Source of the DNA: Escherichia phage T4
Direction: 5' to 3' (one strand)
Sequence record: OZ209023.1
DNA: 64,000 nt
The translations under genes were made by a program, and so were the position numbers. Below are positions 41,037 to 50,925 of this stretch, piece by piece (the first letter of the stretch is position 1; every line of letters starts with the position of its first letter). The notes under the pieces were generated by a model, which worked only from the letters and a program-made list of their open reading frames with translations, searched no databases and was not told the origin of the DNA.

Positions 41037-41249
41037 CTATTCCTTACTAAGAGCAGCATTCAGCTTGTTAGTAATTTTATCCAGACGCTCATTGAATTCA
41101 CTAGAAGATAAGCCCTTTTCTGGAGAAATCAAACTAATCACGAAAAATATAGCAATAAAAGGAATAAGGAAAATAGCTCCAACTGCCATAAACAGAAAGA
41201 ATGTTACAGTTGTAAGAAAATCAGCTAAACCTTTACGAAATTTATACAT
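41037..41249 (-). CDS. small membrane protein
   Basis: 70-aa ORF with central hydrophobic helix. Confidence 0.45.
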   Translation of the reverse strand: MYKFRKGLADFLTTVTFFLFMAVGAIFLIPFIAIFFVISLISPEKGLSSSEFNERLDKITNKLNAALSKE

Positions 41250-41367
41250 TTACATTTACCTTTAATTGATTAACCAAGCATTGATAAGCACTAAACTATA
41301 CTGCGAATAAAATTCTGGATCAAAATGAAAAATCATATCATTTATAGTATCCATAATGTAATTCAAT

Positions 41368-41838
41368 TTAATCATGTTTCCACACCCCATCGGTATTTGA
41401 CCAAAGTCGCTGATTATCTGATCCTCGCCACAGCTTTTTGGTCGGAAGATTTTTCTCATACTTCCCATCAATAATAACATCAACATATTTAAGCATTTCT
41501 AGTTGTTTAATATCTTCAAACTTATATCCTGTCCACAACCAGATATCTTTCTCCGGAAATCTTGCTTTAACCCAAGAAACTAAATTTGAAATCTCTTCTC
41601 GGTTCTGTGGATAAAGTGGGTCACCGCCGGTTAAGGTAAGGCCTTGGATATACGATTTGCTTAAATGGGACGCAAGTTCTTTAACGGTATTCATAGTGAA
41701 TAACTGTCCGTTACGAGCATTCCAAGTACTACGATTATAACAACCTTCGCATTTATGCAAACATCCAGTGACGAAGAGAACGACCCTACATCCAGGGCCG
41801 TTAACGAAATCGCATGGATAAATTCTATCATAATTCAT
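41368..41838 (-). CDS. nrdG: anaerobic ribonucleotide reductase activating protein NrdG (radical SAM)
   Basis: 156 aa from MNYDRIYPCDFVNGPGCR...CxxxCxxC radical-SAM cluster motif. Confidence 0.85.
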   Translation of the reverse strand: MNYDRIYPCDFVNGPGCRVVLFVTGCLHKCEGCYNRSTWNARNGQLFTMNTVKELASHLSKSYIQGLTLTGGDPLYPQNREEISNLVSWVKARFPEKDIWLWTGYKFEDIKQLEMLKYVDVIIDGKYEKNLPTKKLWRGSDNQRLWSNTDGVWKHD

Positions 41839-42460
41839 CTTTATATTTCCAAGTATATCCCTTATGAATAGATTGAATTCCTTTGCAACATTTATAAACA
41901 GCAGAATGAAAAAATCCTGCATTTCTTATTTCAGTTGCTCCAGTTAGTTCTATTGTATTTCCGTCTGGTGAATAGCCAATAACCGTTTTGGTGTTAAAGC
42001 GATTTCTAGAACTATTTTTGATATGCTCTTTATGATTAGTAGACAAAGTTCTTCCTGTTAGCCCATCAGATATCCTTTTTCCAAAATCATCAGGAAGAGT
42101 TACTTTAGACCTAGCTATGCTCATTAGCTTCTTAGTTTTATCGCTTCTTTTTGCGCCACGCTGATTTTCAAATTTCTTAGCTTTTGCATACGCGTATTGT
42201 GAAGAAGTAACTTTTCTATGCTTACTATTACTCATTATCCAATATGCATCATACATCTTTCCACCATATATTTTAGCCAATAAATGGTGAGCAGTATAGT
42301 GGGCCTTATAAGTTAAAAATACTAAGTTGTCTAAATCATCTGAACCACCCATACTTCTTGGAATTATATGATGAAGTTCATACCCGGCTTTAGTTTGACG
42401 GGGCTTAGATGGGTGTTCAGCAGAATTAACTAGATTTGAATAGATTCTGTCATAATTCAT
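41828..42460 (-). CDS. mobC: freestanding HNH homing endonuclease MobC
   Basis: 210-aa ORF; HHIIPRSMGGSDDLDNLVFLTYKAHY HNH motif; between nrdD and nrdG. Confidence 0.7.
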   Translation of the reverse strand: MNYDRIYSNLVNSAEHPSKPRQTKAGYELHHIIPRSMGGSDDLDNLVFLTYKAHYTAHHLLAKIYGGKMYDAYWIMSNSKHRKVTSSQYAYAKAKKFENQRGAKRSDKTKKLMSIARSKVTLPDDFGKRISDGLTGRTLSTNHKEHIKNSSRNRFNTKTVIGYSPDGNTIELTGATEIRNAGFFHSAVYKCCKGIQSIHKGYTWKYKDEL

Positions 42461-45307
42461 TGGTGCTTAACCCTATGCATGATTTCTTTATTTTTACCGA
42501 GATTAAATCCGCGTTCGTTCGGATTTCCCAAATAACCACATGTTCTTCTTATGGTATTCATCTTTTTAGGATCAGTTTCTCCACAAATAGAACAAACAAA
42601 TCCGTTTTCAGTAGGAGTCATTTCATGGGTACTTCCACATGTAAAACATTTATCTACTGGCATATTAACACCAAAATAATCTAAATGCTGTGCAGCATAA
42701 TCCCACACGGCCTCAAGACCTTTTAAGTTATTTTTCATATCAGGAAGTTCAACATAAGAAATGTGACCACCTGTCGCAATGAAATGATATGGCGCTTCAC
42801 GAGAAATCTTTTCAAACGGAGTAATATTTTCTTCTACTGAAACATGGAAACTGTTAGTGTACCAGCCTTTATCGGTAACATCTTTTACGCTTCCATATTT
42901 TTCTGTATCGAGTTTACAGAAGCGATAACACAGGTTTTCAGCAGGAGTCGAATATAAACTAAAAGCAAATCCGGTTCTTTCAGTCCACTGTTTAAGATGA
43001 GCATTCATTTTAGTTAAAATTTCTCGTCCAATATCACGACCGACAAGAATATTCAATTCGTGAATACCAATGTATCCTAAAGACACTGAACTTCTACCGT
43101 TTTTAAATAACTCAATTATGTCGTCATCAGGTTTAAGACGAACCCCGAATGCACCTTCTTGGTAAAGAATAGGAGCAACAGTAGCTTTAACTCCTTTTAA
43201 GGAACTAATTCTACACATCAAAGCTTCAAAACATAAATCCATTCGTTCATTAAATAGCTCAACAAATTTCTGTTCATTGAACTGTGTTCCAATATAAGAA
43301 TCTAACGCGATGCGAGGAAGATTCAGTGTTACAACACCAAGATTATTGCGTCCATCAAGAATTTCATTGCCAGTCGAATCTTTCCATACGCTCAAGAAAC
43401 TACGGCAACCCATCGGAGAAACAGGAACAGATGAACCAGTGATAGCTTTATTGTTCTTAGCTGAAATAATATCAGGATACATCCTTTTGCTTGCGCACTC
43501 TAGAGCAAGCTGTTTAATATCATAGTTCGGATCGTCTTTATAAAGATTAACACCTTCTTCAACGAACATAACAAGCTTAGGGAAAATAGGAGTTATCCCA
43601 TCACGACCAAGACCTTTAATACGATTTTTCAGAATTGCTTTCTGAATCATTCGTTCAGTCCAGTCAGTTCCCGTACCAAATGTAATTGTTACAAAAGGAG
43701 TCTGTCCGTTTGAACTGAATAACGTGTTCACTTCATCAATGTGTTCAGTAGAGTTCGCTACTTCTCTACCCGTTTATATGAAACAATGTAATTTGGATAA
43801 TTGTCATCTAAACACAAATCTTTAATACGACTTGGGTGGAGTTTTAAATCTTTAGCAGCATCCACAAATGATTTATAGATATTGTCATTTATTTTAACAT
43901 ATTCTGGGACGGGATGAATTGTTATTTTTATATCTATAACATTTGGATGATTACTAACCTGTTCTTCAGAGCATTTAAGAAATTTTGCAGCTGATTTAAA
44001 ACTTCTAAATTTATTTCCGGATTTTAAAGCTATAGAAACAGTCTTTTTAGCCGTTCTACTACCAATATTATTTTTAACATGAGCTTCACTTCTACTATTA
44101 TTTTTATAATGCTCAATCAATTTCTCTCGTATCTTATCTTTATGTTTTAAAGATAAGATTTTACCTTTATGGGCATTACTAAGTTTTTGCTTATGTTCTT
44201 CTGAATCCGGATATTTGTTAAATTTATATCCACCTATAGATTTATTAAGAATAAATTCGTTATTAAAATATTTCCTAATAAGCATTTCTTCATGTTTAAG
44301 GGCCGATTCATAAGAATCAAAAACTTGAAGAATTATCCACTTAGCTTTATAATCTTTAAGCTTTTCTTTAACAAGCTTAGATGACGAATTGTATTCTTTC
44401 CAATTTGTATCTTTACCATATATAGTTTTGAATTTTTTAAAACCTATATAAAAAGACTTATCAGGAAATCTTACCATATAGGTAAATGCTACAGAATTGG
44501 CAATTTTTAAGCTTTTTCTTAATTTCCATTTCATCGTTTCACCTCGTATTCATATTTATACGAGGATAAACAGCTGCATGTCACCATGCAGTTCAGACTA
44601 TATCTTCAACTCTTAGAGTTGTCTGCCGTTTCGGGTCGCTTGACCCTACTCCCTTACATTCATCAGGGATAGTCGTTGGGCATTTACAGCTACTGCTGAT
44701 TTAGCAACGGATTGTCTCAGTGAGAGTTTCCCGTTTTAGGCAGATTTTACATGAGCTTGACTTACGTTAACTCATAAGCTTGGAATGCATCGTATACGTC
44801 TTTTTCTGTTTTAGATTGAGCATAATTCAACGCATCAGCGATTTGCCATTTTTCTGCATCCTCAATATGTTTTGCATAGGTGCGTTTAACATAAGGAGAA
44901 AGTACTTTATCTACATTCGCAAAAGTCGTTCCGCCGTATTGGTGAGAAGCAACTTGCGCAGTAATTTGTGCCATAATTGCAGTAGCAACTCCAATTGATT
45001 TAGGAGTTTCAATCTGCGCATTACCAAGCTTAAATCCGTTTTCAAGCATTCCTTTTAAATCTACTAAACAGCAATTAGTAAATGGAAGAGCAGGGGAATA
45101 ATCAATATCATGCACGTGAATAATTCCGCTTTCATGCGCTTTCATAATAAAAGACGGGACCATATTTTTGGCAATGTGTTTAGACACAATACCAGCCATA
45201 AGGTCCCGTTGAGTTGGAAAAACACGAGAATCTTTATTAGCATTCTCGTTTAAAAGGTCTTTATTAGTTTTATGAATTAATCCTTCAATTTCTTTTTCAA
45301 TTGTCAT
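42457..45307 (-). CDS. nrdD: anaerobic ribonucleoside-triphosphate reductase NrdD, interrupted by group I intron: complement(join(42457..43736,44770..45307)), 605 aa
   Basis: exon 2 has C-terminal glycyl-radical motif RRTCGYLG and Cys cluster; exon 1 ORF runs into intron; splice sites placed so exon 1 ends in U, intron ends in G and is 1033 nt. Confidence 0.8.
43758..44534 (-). CDS. I-TevII: intron-encoded GIY-YIG homing endonuclease I-TevII
   Basis: 258-aa ORF inside the nrdD intron; N-terminal FYIGFKK GIY-YIG-like motif. Confidence 0.8.
   Translation of the reverse strand: MKWKLRKSLKIANSVAFTYMVRFPDKSFYIGFKKFKTIYGKDTNWKEYNSSSKLVKEKLKDYKAKWIILQVFDSYESALKHEEMLIRKYFNNEFILNKSIGGYKFNKYPDSEEHKQKLSNAHKGKILSLKHKDKIREKLIEHYKNNSRSEAHVKNNIGSRTAKKTVSIALKSGNKFRSFKSAAKFLKCSEEQVSNHPNVIDIKITIHPVPEYVKINDNIYKSFVDAAKDLKLHPSRIKDLCLDDNYPNYIVSYKRVEK
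44542..44565 (-). promoter_or_regulatory. late promoter TATAAATA (44553-44560) embedded in a hairpin that sequesters the I-TevII SD
   Basis: palindrome cctcgtat...atacgagg; minus-strand TATAAATA and GAGG SD just upstream of I-TevII ATG. Confidence 0.6.
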
Positions 45308-45777
45308 TTTAAACTCTTTCTAAGCTGCTTCTTGAATGAAGCTATTAATTGTGTTTTGGTGTCAGATTCATTATATTCAAATCCTCTTTGAAGCATCTCG
45401 GCCATCATTTCCTCTTTTCCTAAACGAGAAAATTCCTTTGATTTATCTCCAACAAAGTTAGGGTGAATATTATTTTGGGTGTAATCGGATTTTAAATAAG
45501 TAAGTAAATTTTCTAACCATTCAAGATAATCAACACCTTGTCCCTTTAAGCCAGAACGATTAAATTTATGCTTCATTTGACCTTCTGCAGCATTGCATAG
45601 ATTACAAAGCAATCCACGCACCTTTCCTGCTTTTGGTCCATTTAATTCATGGTCATGGTCGAGGTGATTAGCTTGAACATCAGGATTTAGTTCTCGTTGG
45701 CAAATTAAGCATTTACCGTTTTGTGCATCATAAAATTTCTGTTTTTCTTCTTTGTATAATTTGCCAGTCAATAACAT
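45304..45777 (-). CDS. 49: endonuclease VII (Holliday junction resolvase) gp49
   Basis: 157-aa ORF; zinc-binding CLICQ...CNLCN and HxxxH motifs; recognised sequence. Confidence 0.9.
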   Translation of the reverse strand: MLLTGKLYKEEKQKFYDAQNGKCLICQRELNPDVQANHLDHDHELNGPKAGKVRGLLCNLCNAAEGQMKHKFNRSGLKGQGVDYLEWLENLLTYLKSDYTQNNIHPNFVGDKSKEFSRLGKEEMMAEMLQRGFEYNESDTKTQLIASFKKQLRKSLK

Positions 45778-45818
45778 AATAAACCCTTACCTTAAATAGA
45801 TAAGGGTATTTATTATTT

Positions 45819-46322
45819 TCAAGTATTGTAAAACATTTGATGCAATCGCTTATATTGCTGAATCATTCGGTCAGAAAAAGAAATTTGAGTTTCAAGCCAT
45901 TCAATGTACTCTGCGGCAGCTTGCATTAAATTTCCTTCATAGCCATCGTTATTTTCTTGTGCAGCTAATTTAGCTAATGCGTATGAAATACGTTCACCTT
46001 GAAAATCGGCTTTAGGCTTCTGAACAACTTGATTAGTTCGCTCTACAACTTCTTCAATTTCGCCATTTTCTACTGATTCAGTATTCCACAAACACCAATA
46101 CGTAATTGGCTTATCGTAGATGTTAATAATCTTTCCATCAGAAAGTTCAATTTCAATAATTCCAGTGTCAGGCTCTATATCATCTTCACATTCTTTTACA
46201 AGTTCACGAACTTTAAAGACAGTACCTGCACTAAGTTCCGGCCAGTAATTACACAGCCCTGTATCAGCACGATTAATTCTAAACCATTTATCTACTGTAA
46301 TCATGTCCCATCTCCATATCAA
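45819..46322 (-). CDS. pin: protease inhibitor Pin (positional assignment)
   Basis: 161-167-aa ORF immediately upstream of gene 49. Confidence 0.5.
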   Translation of the reverse strand: MIWRWDMITVDKWFRINRADTGLCNYWPELSAGTVFKVRELVKECEDDIEPDTGIIEIELSDGKIINIYDKPITYWCLWNTESVENGEIEEVVERTNQVVQKPKADFQGERISYALAKLAAQENNDGYEGNLMQAAAEYIEWLETQISFSDRMIQQYKRLHQMFYNT

Positions 46323-46427
46323 TTAAGTCATTTATCGTTGGTTCATTATACACCGTTTCTTCATCAGTGTAAACCGGTTCTTCCGGCTCTGGCTCTACAG
46401 TTTCCCATCTAGCCGCCCACCAAGGTT

Positions 46428-46748
46428 TTATAGCGTAATCCATTCTCGTACTGTCTGAGTTACTACACGTTCTCGAAGCTCAACCAGTTCAACAGTAGGA
46501 ACTGCATAATACCAGTCAGAATGGTAAGAACCTGAGCGAGATTCATTTACAGCCACATGTACATTATGTTTTGGACTAAAATAAACACACTGACGATATT
46601 GGCATTTACCATCTTGCACCCAGTCTTCTATTTCGATAGGTTTAAGATAGTCGGAAAAATCGAAATCATAGTTTTCCGAAAATGCATCATGGTCTTCAAT
46701 GATTTCGCTCAGAACTGCATCAACATCTAATTTATTTTCAATATTCAT
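46428..46748 (-). CDS. hypothetical acidic protein
   Basis: 106-aa ORF. Confidence 0.5.
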   Translation of the reverse strand: MNIENKLDVDAVLSEIIEDHDAFSENYDFDFSDYLKPIEIEDWVQDGKCQYRQCVYFSPKHNVHVAVNESRSGSYHSDWYYAVPTVELVELRERVVTQTVREWITL

Positions 46749-47053
46749 TTTTCACACCACCAACTGCTTACTTCAAAATCGGGTTCGCCATGTTCCCAGA
46801 ACCAGGGGCCGATAGGAATCCACTTACCTTCATCGGTGACGTCATATTCTTCGGATTTAAGCCCAACGTATCGCCATTCGACTTCATAAGCGGTACCACC
46901 GATTACAACTGTGTTCTCGCCATACGGGTTAGACACAACAAAGTCTATACCTTCTGCTTTAGCTAACCAAATCATGTATTCATAGAGTTTATATTCCAGG
47001 TCGCCTTCTGTTCCATCGCCTAGAAAAATAATTTGTTCATTTAATTCTATCAT
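46745..47053 (-). CDS. hypothetical protein
   Basis: 102-aa ORF; overlapping stop/start with neighbours. Confidence 0.5.
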   Translation of the reverse strand: MIELNEQIIFLGDGTEGDLEYKLYEYMIWLAKAEGIDFVVSNPYGENTVVIGGTAYEVEWRYVGLKSEEYDVTDEGKWIPIGPWFWEHGEPDFEVSSWWCEK

Positions 47054-47313
47054 TTAAAGTATTCCCGCAATTGGTCAAATCCACCAATATGACTTCCATC
47101 AGGAGCAAATACCTGAGGCATTGTTAAGCCGATTTGAGTATCACGACCTAGTTTAGTCAGAAGCTCAGCAATTTTCTCATCATCAAAAACACCTTTTTCC
47201 GGCATAATGTTGATAAATTCAAACGGCTGTTTCTTCACAGTCAAAAGACGTTTTGCATTATCGCAATACACACATTTATGAATGTTGCTATCATAACCAT
47301 ATACTTTAAACAT
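47050..47313 (-). CDS. nrdC: glutaredoxin/thioredoxin NrdC
   Basis: 87-aa ORF with CVYC redox motif; recognised sequence. Confidence 0.85.
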   Translation of the reverse strand: MFKVYGYDSNIHKCVYCDNAKRLLTVKKQPFEFINIMPEKGVFDDEKIAELLTKLGRDTQIGLTMPQVFAPDGSHIGGFDQLREYFK

Positions 47314-47314
47314 A

Positions 47315-47557
47315 TTATTCCTTAATTCCTAGTACTTGTTTAAAAGTCTCGTCGTAATCAAGACTTTGGCCCGTTTGTTCTTTATGCTTGTATATAATAT
47401 CACTTACTTCTGATAGCATATTTTTATATGAACGAGTTAAAGCAGATTTAAGCACGCTGTATCTATCAGGAAATTTACCGTGTTCATTATAATAAGCTAT
47501 TGCTAATTCACGGACTGCCTTTTCAGCAGTCTCCATATATTCTTTACGCTTTGTCAT
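47315..47557 (-). CDS. hypothetical protein
   Basis: about 80 aa from internal Met (MTKRKEY); longer ORF overlaps upstream gene. Confidence 0.45.
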
Positions 47558-47858
47558 TTTCTTCTCGGTCAAATCGGTGTTTACAATGGCGACATTTATA
47601 ACGAAGATTATTAGTCTGCCAATGGACCAATTGCACCTGTTCAGTTCCACATTCAGGGCAATTAGGAACGTTTTTAGAAGCCCTTTCGCGACGTTCAACC
47701 ATGACCATTACAGAATCCCAATTAACAGGAGGGCTATAATCATCACAACCATAAATCTTTCCACGCATTTCCAGATCGTCTTCTTCACCAGCCATAATAA
47801 TTTTAATTAGACTAGAATTACTTGAAGCTGCAATGTCTTCTAATAGACGCTTTTTCAT
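47544..47858 (-). CDS. zinc-ribbon protein
   Basis: 104-aa ORF with CPECG...CRHCKH. Confidence 0.5.
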
Positions 47859-48781
47859 TTCAATACCTCAATAGCATTACGTAAACCATTTGCTTTGGCG
47901 GTTAAATCCTTAAGAACTTTAGTATGCTCTTCAATCTGTTTTTCAACTTCAATCAAACGGGTACTGAGATATTCGCGTTCTTCTTTCATAGTATCATTCC
48001 CATGATTGGGCTTTGGCGTAGGTTTAAATTTATTAGGGTCCTTTAACTTAATAACAACTTTAGTTTCAAACAGTGAAAGACCATAATTCGTATTATCATC
48101 AAAGGATTCAACTACGTCCATTTTAGACAATAACGTACGAAGATTATAAGTCAAAGAACGAATCGTTTTATTATGTTTATTAGCTTCACATGGTTTCATA
48201 TATGGAAGATTTTTATATATTTCATGCGGAGCACAAACAATAATTAACAATTCAAATGGTCCATTCTGTGATGATGGAATGAATTTAGCCGTAACCCAAT
48301 CTTTTACATTTACATTAATAGTACGATCATCGCCATGACAAAACAGTCTACGAGAATGCTTAAAAAGCATATTCACATTATTATTAAATTCGTGTGAAAA
48401 CTCACTGGCAAATTTTTCTTTACTATCTTTAGAAAACCATTCTTCTAAATAAGTTCTTTTCACGTCGTTAATAATATTAAATGTAACAACATTATCATTT
48501 GATACATTAGTCTCAATGTAGCTTGGATACATAAATTTTTTAACATTATTAACAGCTATCACAGAAGATAGTAATCGGGAACGTTTGAACCACTCGAGCA
48601 AAGAACCAAGAGAATGTGAATACGCATTTTGTGTATCTTTACAAATATGGTTTTCCCATCCAATATAGTCTAAAAAATCACGAAGAATATTATTGATTAC
48701 TTCTCTATGTCCTTTCTGATAATCACGATGTTTAGTAATAAGACTGTCAAAATAATCAATATAATGTTTACGAGTTTTCAT
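47855..48781 (-). CDS. hypothetical protein with C-terminal coiled coil (member of tandem family)
   Basis: 308-aa ORF. Confidence 0.55.
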   Translation of the reverse strand: MKTRKHYIDYFDSLITKHRDYQKGHREVINNILRDFLDYIGWENHICKDTQNAYSHSLGSLLEWFKRSRLLSSVIAVNNVKKFMYPSYIETNVSNDNVVTFNIINDVKRTYLEEWFSKDSKEKFASEFSHEFNNNVNMLFKHSRRLFCHGDDRTINVNVKDWVTAKFIPSSQNGPFELLIIVCAPHEIYKNLPYMKPCEANKHNKTIRSLTYNLRTLLSKMDVVESFDDNTNYGLSLFETKVVIKLKDPNKFKPTPKPNHGNDTMKEEREYLSTRLIEVEKQIEEHTKVLKDLTAKANGLRNAIEVLK

Positions 48782-48835
48782 GTTCTTCTCACTTGGTTAA
48801 TGATTTATACTCCGAGCCATCCTTGGCTTTAAATT

Positions 48836-49837
48836 TTACTTAATTAACTGCAAAGCTTGTTCTAGACGATCAAGACGATTAACGGATTCTTCCCAAATCT
48901 TTTTAGCCTGCTCATATTCTTTCTGCGCTTTATTAGAAATTTCTAGAACTTCTTTATAAGCTTTTTCTAGTGCAATAACTTCTGGACGAATTTCTATCGG
49001 TTCAGGTGAATCATCAAGACATTCCATTAGTTCCTCAAGGGTAGTTTCTTCTTTAGGAGTATTCACAATTTCATCACATTTTTGTTGGTAAATTTCTTTA
49101 CTAGTAGGTGAATAAGCACATTTCACTTCACGAAGGCTAATTACGAGTTTATATCCTTCCCAACCGCATATATTCTTAAAAGGATATGTATGAATATTTT
49201 CTACTGTTTCCATACAAAGTAATGCGGTCTCTAATTGACGAGTTATAGTGCTAGCAATTGAGAAAAATTTATTAATATTCTTTTGGTTAGTTTCTGGTGT
49301 AAAAAATCCATAATTCACAAAAATAGATACTTTATTTTTATCAAGTTCATATTCTTTTATGATAATCATATCAGAAGCCAAAGGATGAATTTGACGATAA
49401 TCGCCATAACATAATTTAGAAGCTGATTTTAGAATTTGCTTCTTGAAAAGTCTGAAATTACTAATCCAACGACGAGTAAAAATATTCTCAGGGTCTTCTT
49501 TATTATTGAGATGATAAGAATTAACATCACCGAACCAATTATATCCTACTACATCTTTAGTTCGTTTAATTTCTTTCCCAAAATTACCAAGAATATCCCG
49601 ATTAACCAAATATGAAAGAAGACGAGACTCTTTAAAGGTTTTCTTGATAACATCTTTATCTACACGGCTAGAAATTTTACGAATTTCATGAATAAATTTA
49701 GTAGAAGAAACAATACTTGCATCAACACTATTGAGCCACTGATTGATAATAGAAAGAACGCTATTTTGGCCAAACATCGGTATAGCTTTATCATCAATAA
49801 CGCTATTGAATGATTTGATATATTCGTTACGAGTCAT
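48836..49837 (-). CDS. hypothetical protein, paralogous family member with C-terminal coiled coil
   Basis: 333 aa from Met preceded by GAGGAG SD; shares RRWISNFRLFKKQILKSASKL block with the next ORF. Confidence 0.55.
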   Translation of the reverse strand: MTRNEYIKSFNSVIDDKAIPMFGQNSVLSIINQWLNSVDASIVSSTKFIHEIRKISSRVDKDVIKKTFKESRLLSYLVNRDILGNFGKEIKRTKDVVGYNWFGDVNSYHLNNKEDPENIFTRRWISNFRLFKKQILKSASKLCYGDYRQIHPLASDMIIIKEYELDKNKVSIFVNYGFFTPETNQKNINKFFSIASTITRQLETALLCMETVENIHTYPFKNICGWEGYKLVISLREVKCAYSPTSKEIYQQKCDEIVNTPKEETTLEELMECLDDSPEPIEIRPEVIALEKAYKEVLEISNKAQKEYEQAKKIWEESVNRLDRLEQALQLIK

Positions 49838-49865
49838 ATTAATCTCCTCAGTAGAAAGTAAGAAC

Positions 49866-49895
49866 ATTATACCACATCCTTGTGGCAAAGTAAAC
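49866..49895 (-). promoter_or_regulatory. early promoter (GTTTAC / TATAAT), near-identical copy of the element at 2429-2458
   Basis: plus attataccacatccttgtgg(c/t)aaagtaaact shared with 2428-2459. Confidence 0.5.
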
Positions 49896-50917
49896 TAGTT
49901 CAGTGCATTTAGTGCATTGTTCAGTTTAGAACGTTGCTTTGTCAGATTTTGAACCCTTGACTGAGCTTGTTCTAACGCCTTTTCAGCTTCTAGCACTTCA
50001 TTGGTCGCTTTAACTAATTCAGCATCTACTGCCTTAAGAGACTTCTCAATCGCATCCGCGTGCCATTTTTCAACAGGTTTAAGACTTGGATTTTCAACAG
50101 GAAGAAAATTCACTTTATTGAATTTCCATGCATCTTTATTACCTGAGCTATACATCCAAAATTTAGGATCGTTTGATAAGTAATTAGATAAATTTAAGTT
50201 ATCTTGCACTTCTTGCTTTTTCTCTTGTGTGACTTCGTCCTTTCTCAAAAATTCATATTTAAATGAAACGATCATATCAAGTTCATATGATGTTGTATCT
50301 AACTTAAATCGTTCAAAACGAGGTAAAATCTTAGATTGAACAGCAGCAACAACATCCATATACTTAAATGCTTCTGTCAACTGCGATTTAAGGCATTCGC
50401 AAATTGAAAGAGAATTTTTTGTATTAGGTTTAAAGCTAATTCGTGCAGTTCTATTATTTTCTTTTAACGGTCTTACTTCCATCTGAAGAGTATAACCATC
50501 AAATTTCAGATTCTTTAAGTTAATGTCAGAGCCTTTTAATCGACTAGCAGTAGACAAAATTTGCTTTAATTGTCTACGGAACAGAGCAATAAATCTCCAT
50601 TCAATACGATAATGATTTGGATTGAAAAATCCAGATGATAAATCGACCTTACTTTGACCAACGCCTTGAACAAATAGAGGATTTTTATAATCAATAGTTT
50701 TACAGAAATCGGTGAGCTGTTCACGAGCAGTCATTTGAGTAATATACCCTGCTTTACTAAAATTACGCACCCATTCACTGCTATTCGTATACTTAAAGTG
50801 ATGAATAACACGATTAACTTTATCAGGGTCTAAATTATTTTCACACAAAAATGTCATAACATCACGAGTATAGCTGGCATTACGAACCATATCTTCAATT
50901 TGAGAACGAGTTTTCAT
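49895..50917 (-). CDS. hypothetical protein, paralogous family member with C-terminal coiled coil
   Basis: 340-aa ORF; RIEWRFIALFRRQLKQILSTASRL block. Confidence 0.55.
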   Translation of the reverse strand: MKTRSQIEDMVRNASYTRDVMTFLCENNLDPDKVNRVIHHFKYTNSSEWVRNFSKAGYITQMTAREQLTDFCKTIDYKNPLFVQGVGQSKVDLSSGFFNPNHYRIEWRFIALFRRQLKQILSTASRLKGSDINLKNLKFDGYTLQMEVRPLKENNRTARISFKPNTKNSLSICECLKSQLTEAFKYMDVVAAVQSKILPRFERFKLDTTSYELDMIVSFKYEFLRKDEVTQEKKQEVQDNLNLSNYLSNDPKFWMYSSGNKDAWKFNKVNFLPVENPSLKPVEKWHADAIEKSLKAVDAELVKATNEVLEAEKALEQAQSRVQNLTKQRSKLNNALNALN

Positions 50918-50925
50918 GGTGTTCC

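Larger units (their letters stand above)
43737..44769 (-). mobile_element. group I self-splicing intron (nrdD/sunY intron) carrying the I-TevII ORF
   Basis: conserved group I core visible near the 5' end (AAACGGGAAACUCUCACUGAGACAAUCCGUUGCUAAAUCAG...GGGAGUAGGGUCAAGCGACCCGAAACGGCAGACAACUCUAAGAG); boundaries inferred, +/- a few nt. Confidence 0.7.

Noticed and set aside
41262-41486. 74-aa ORF overlapping the 3' end of nrdG
   Set aside because: Overlaps nrdG by about 120 nt in another frame; nrdG is strongly supported by its radical-SAM motif, so this ORF is probably not expressed as listed.
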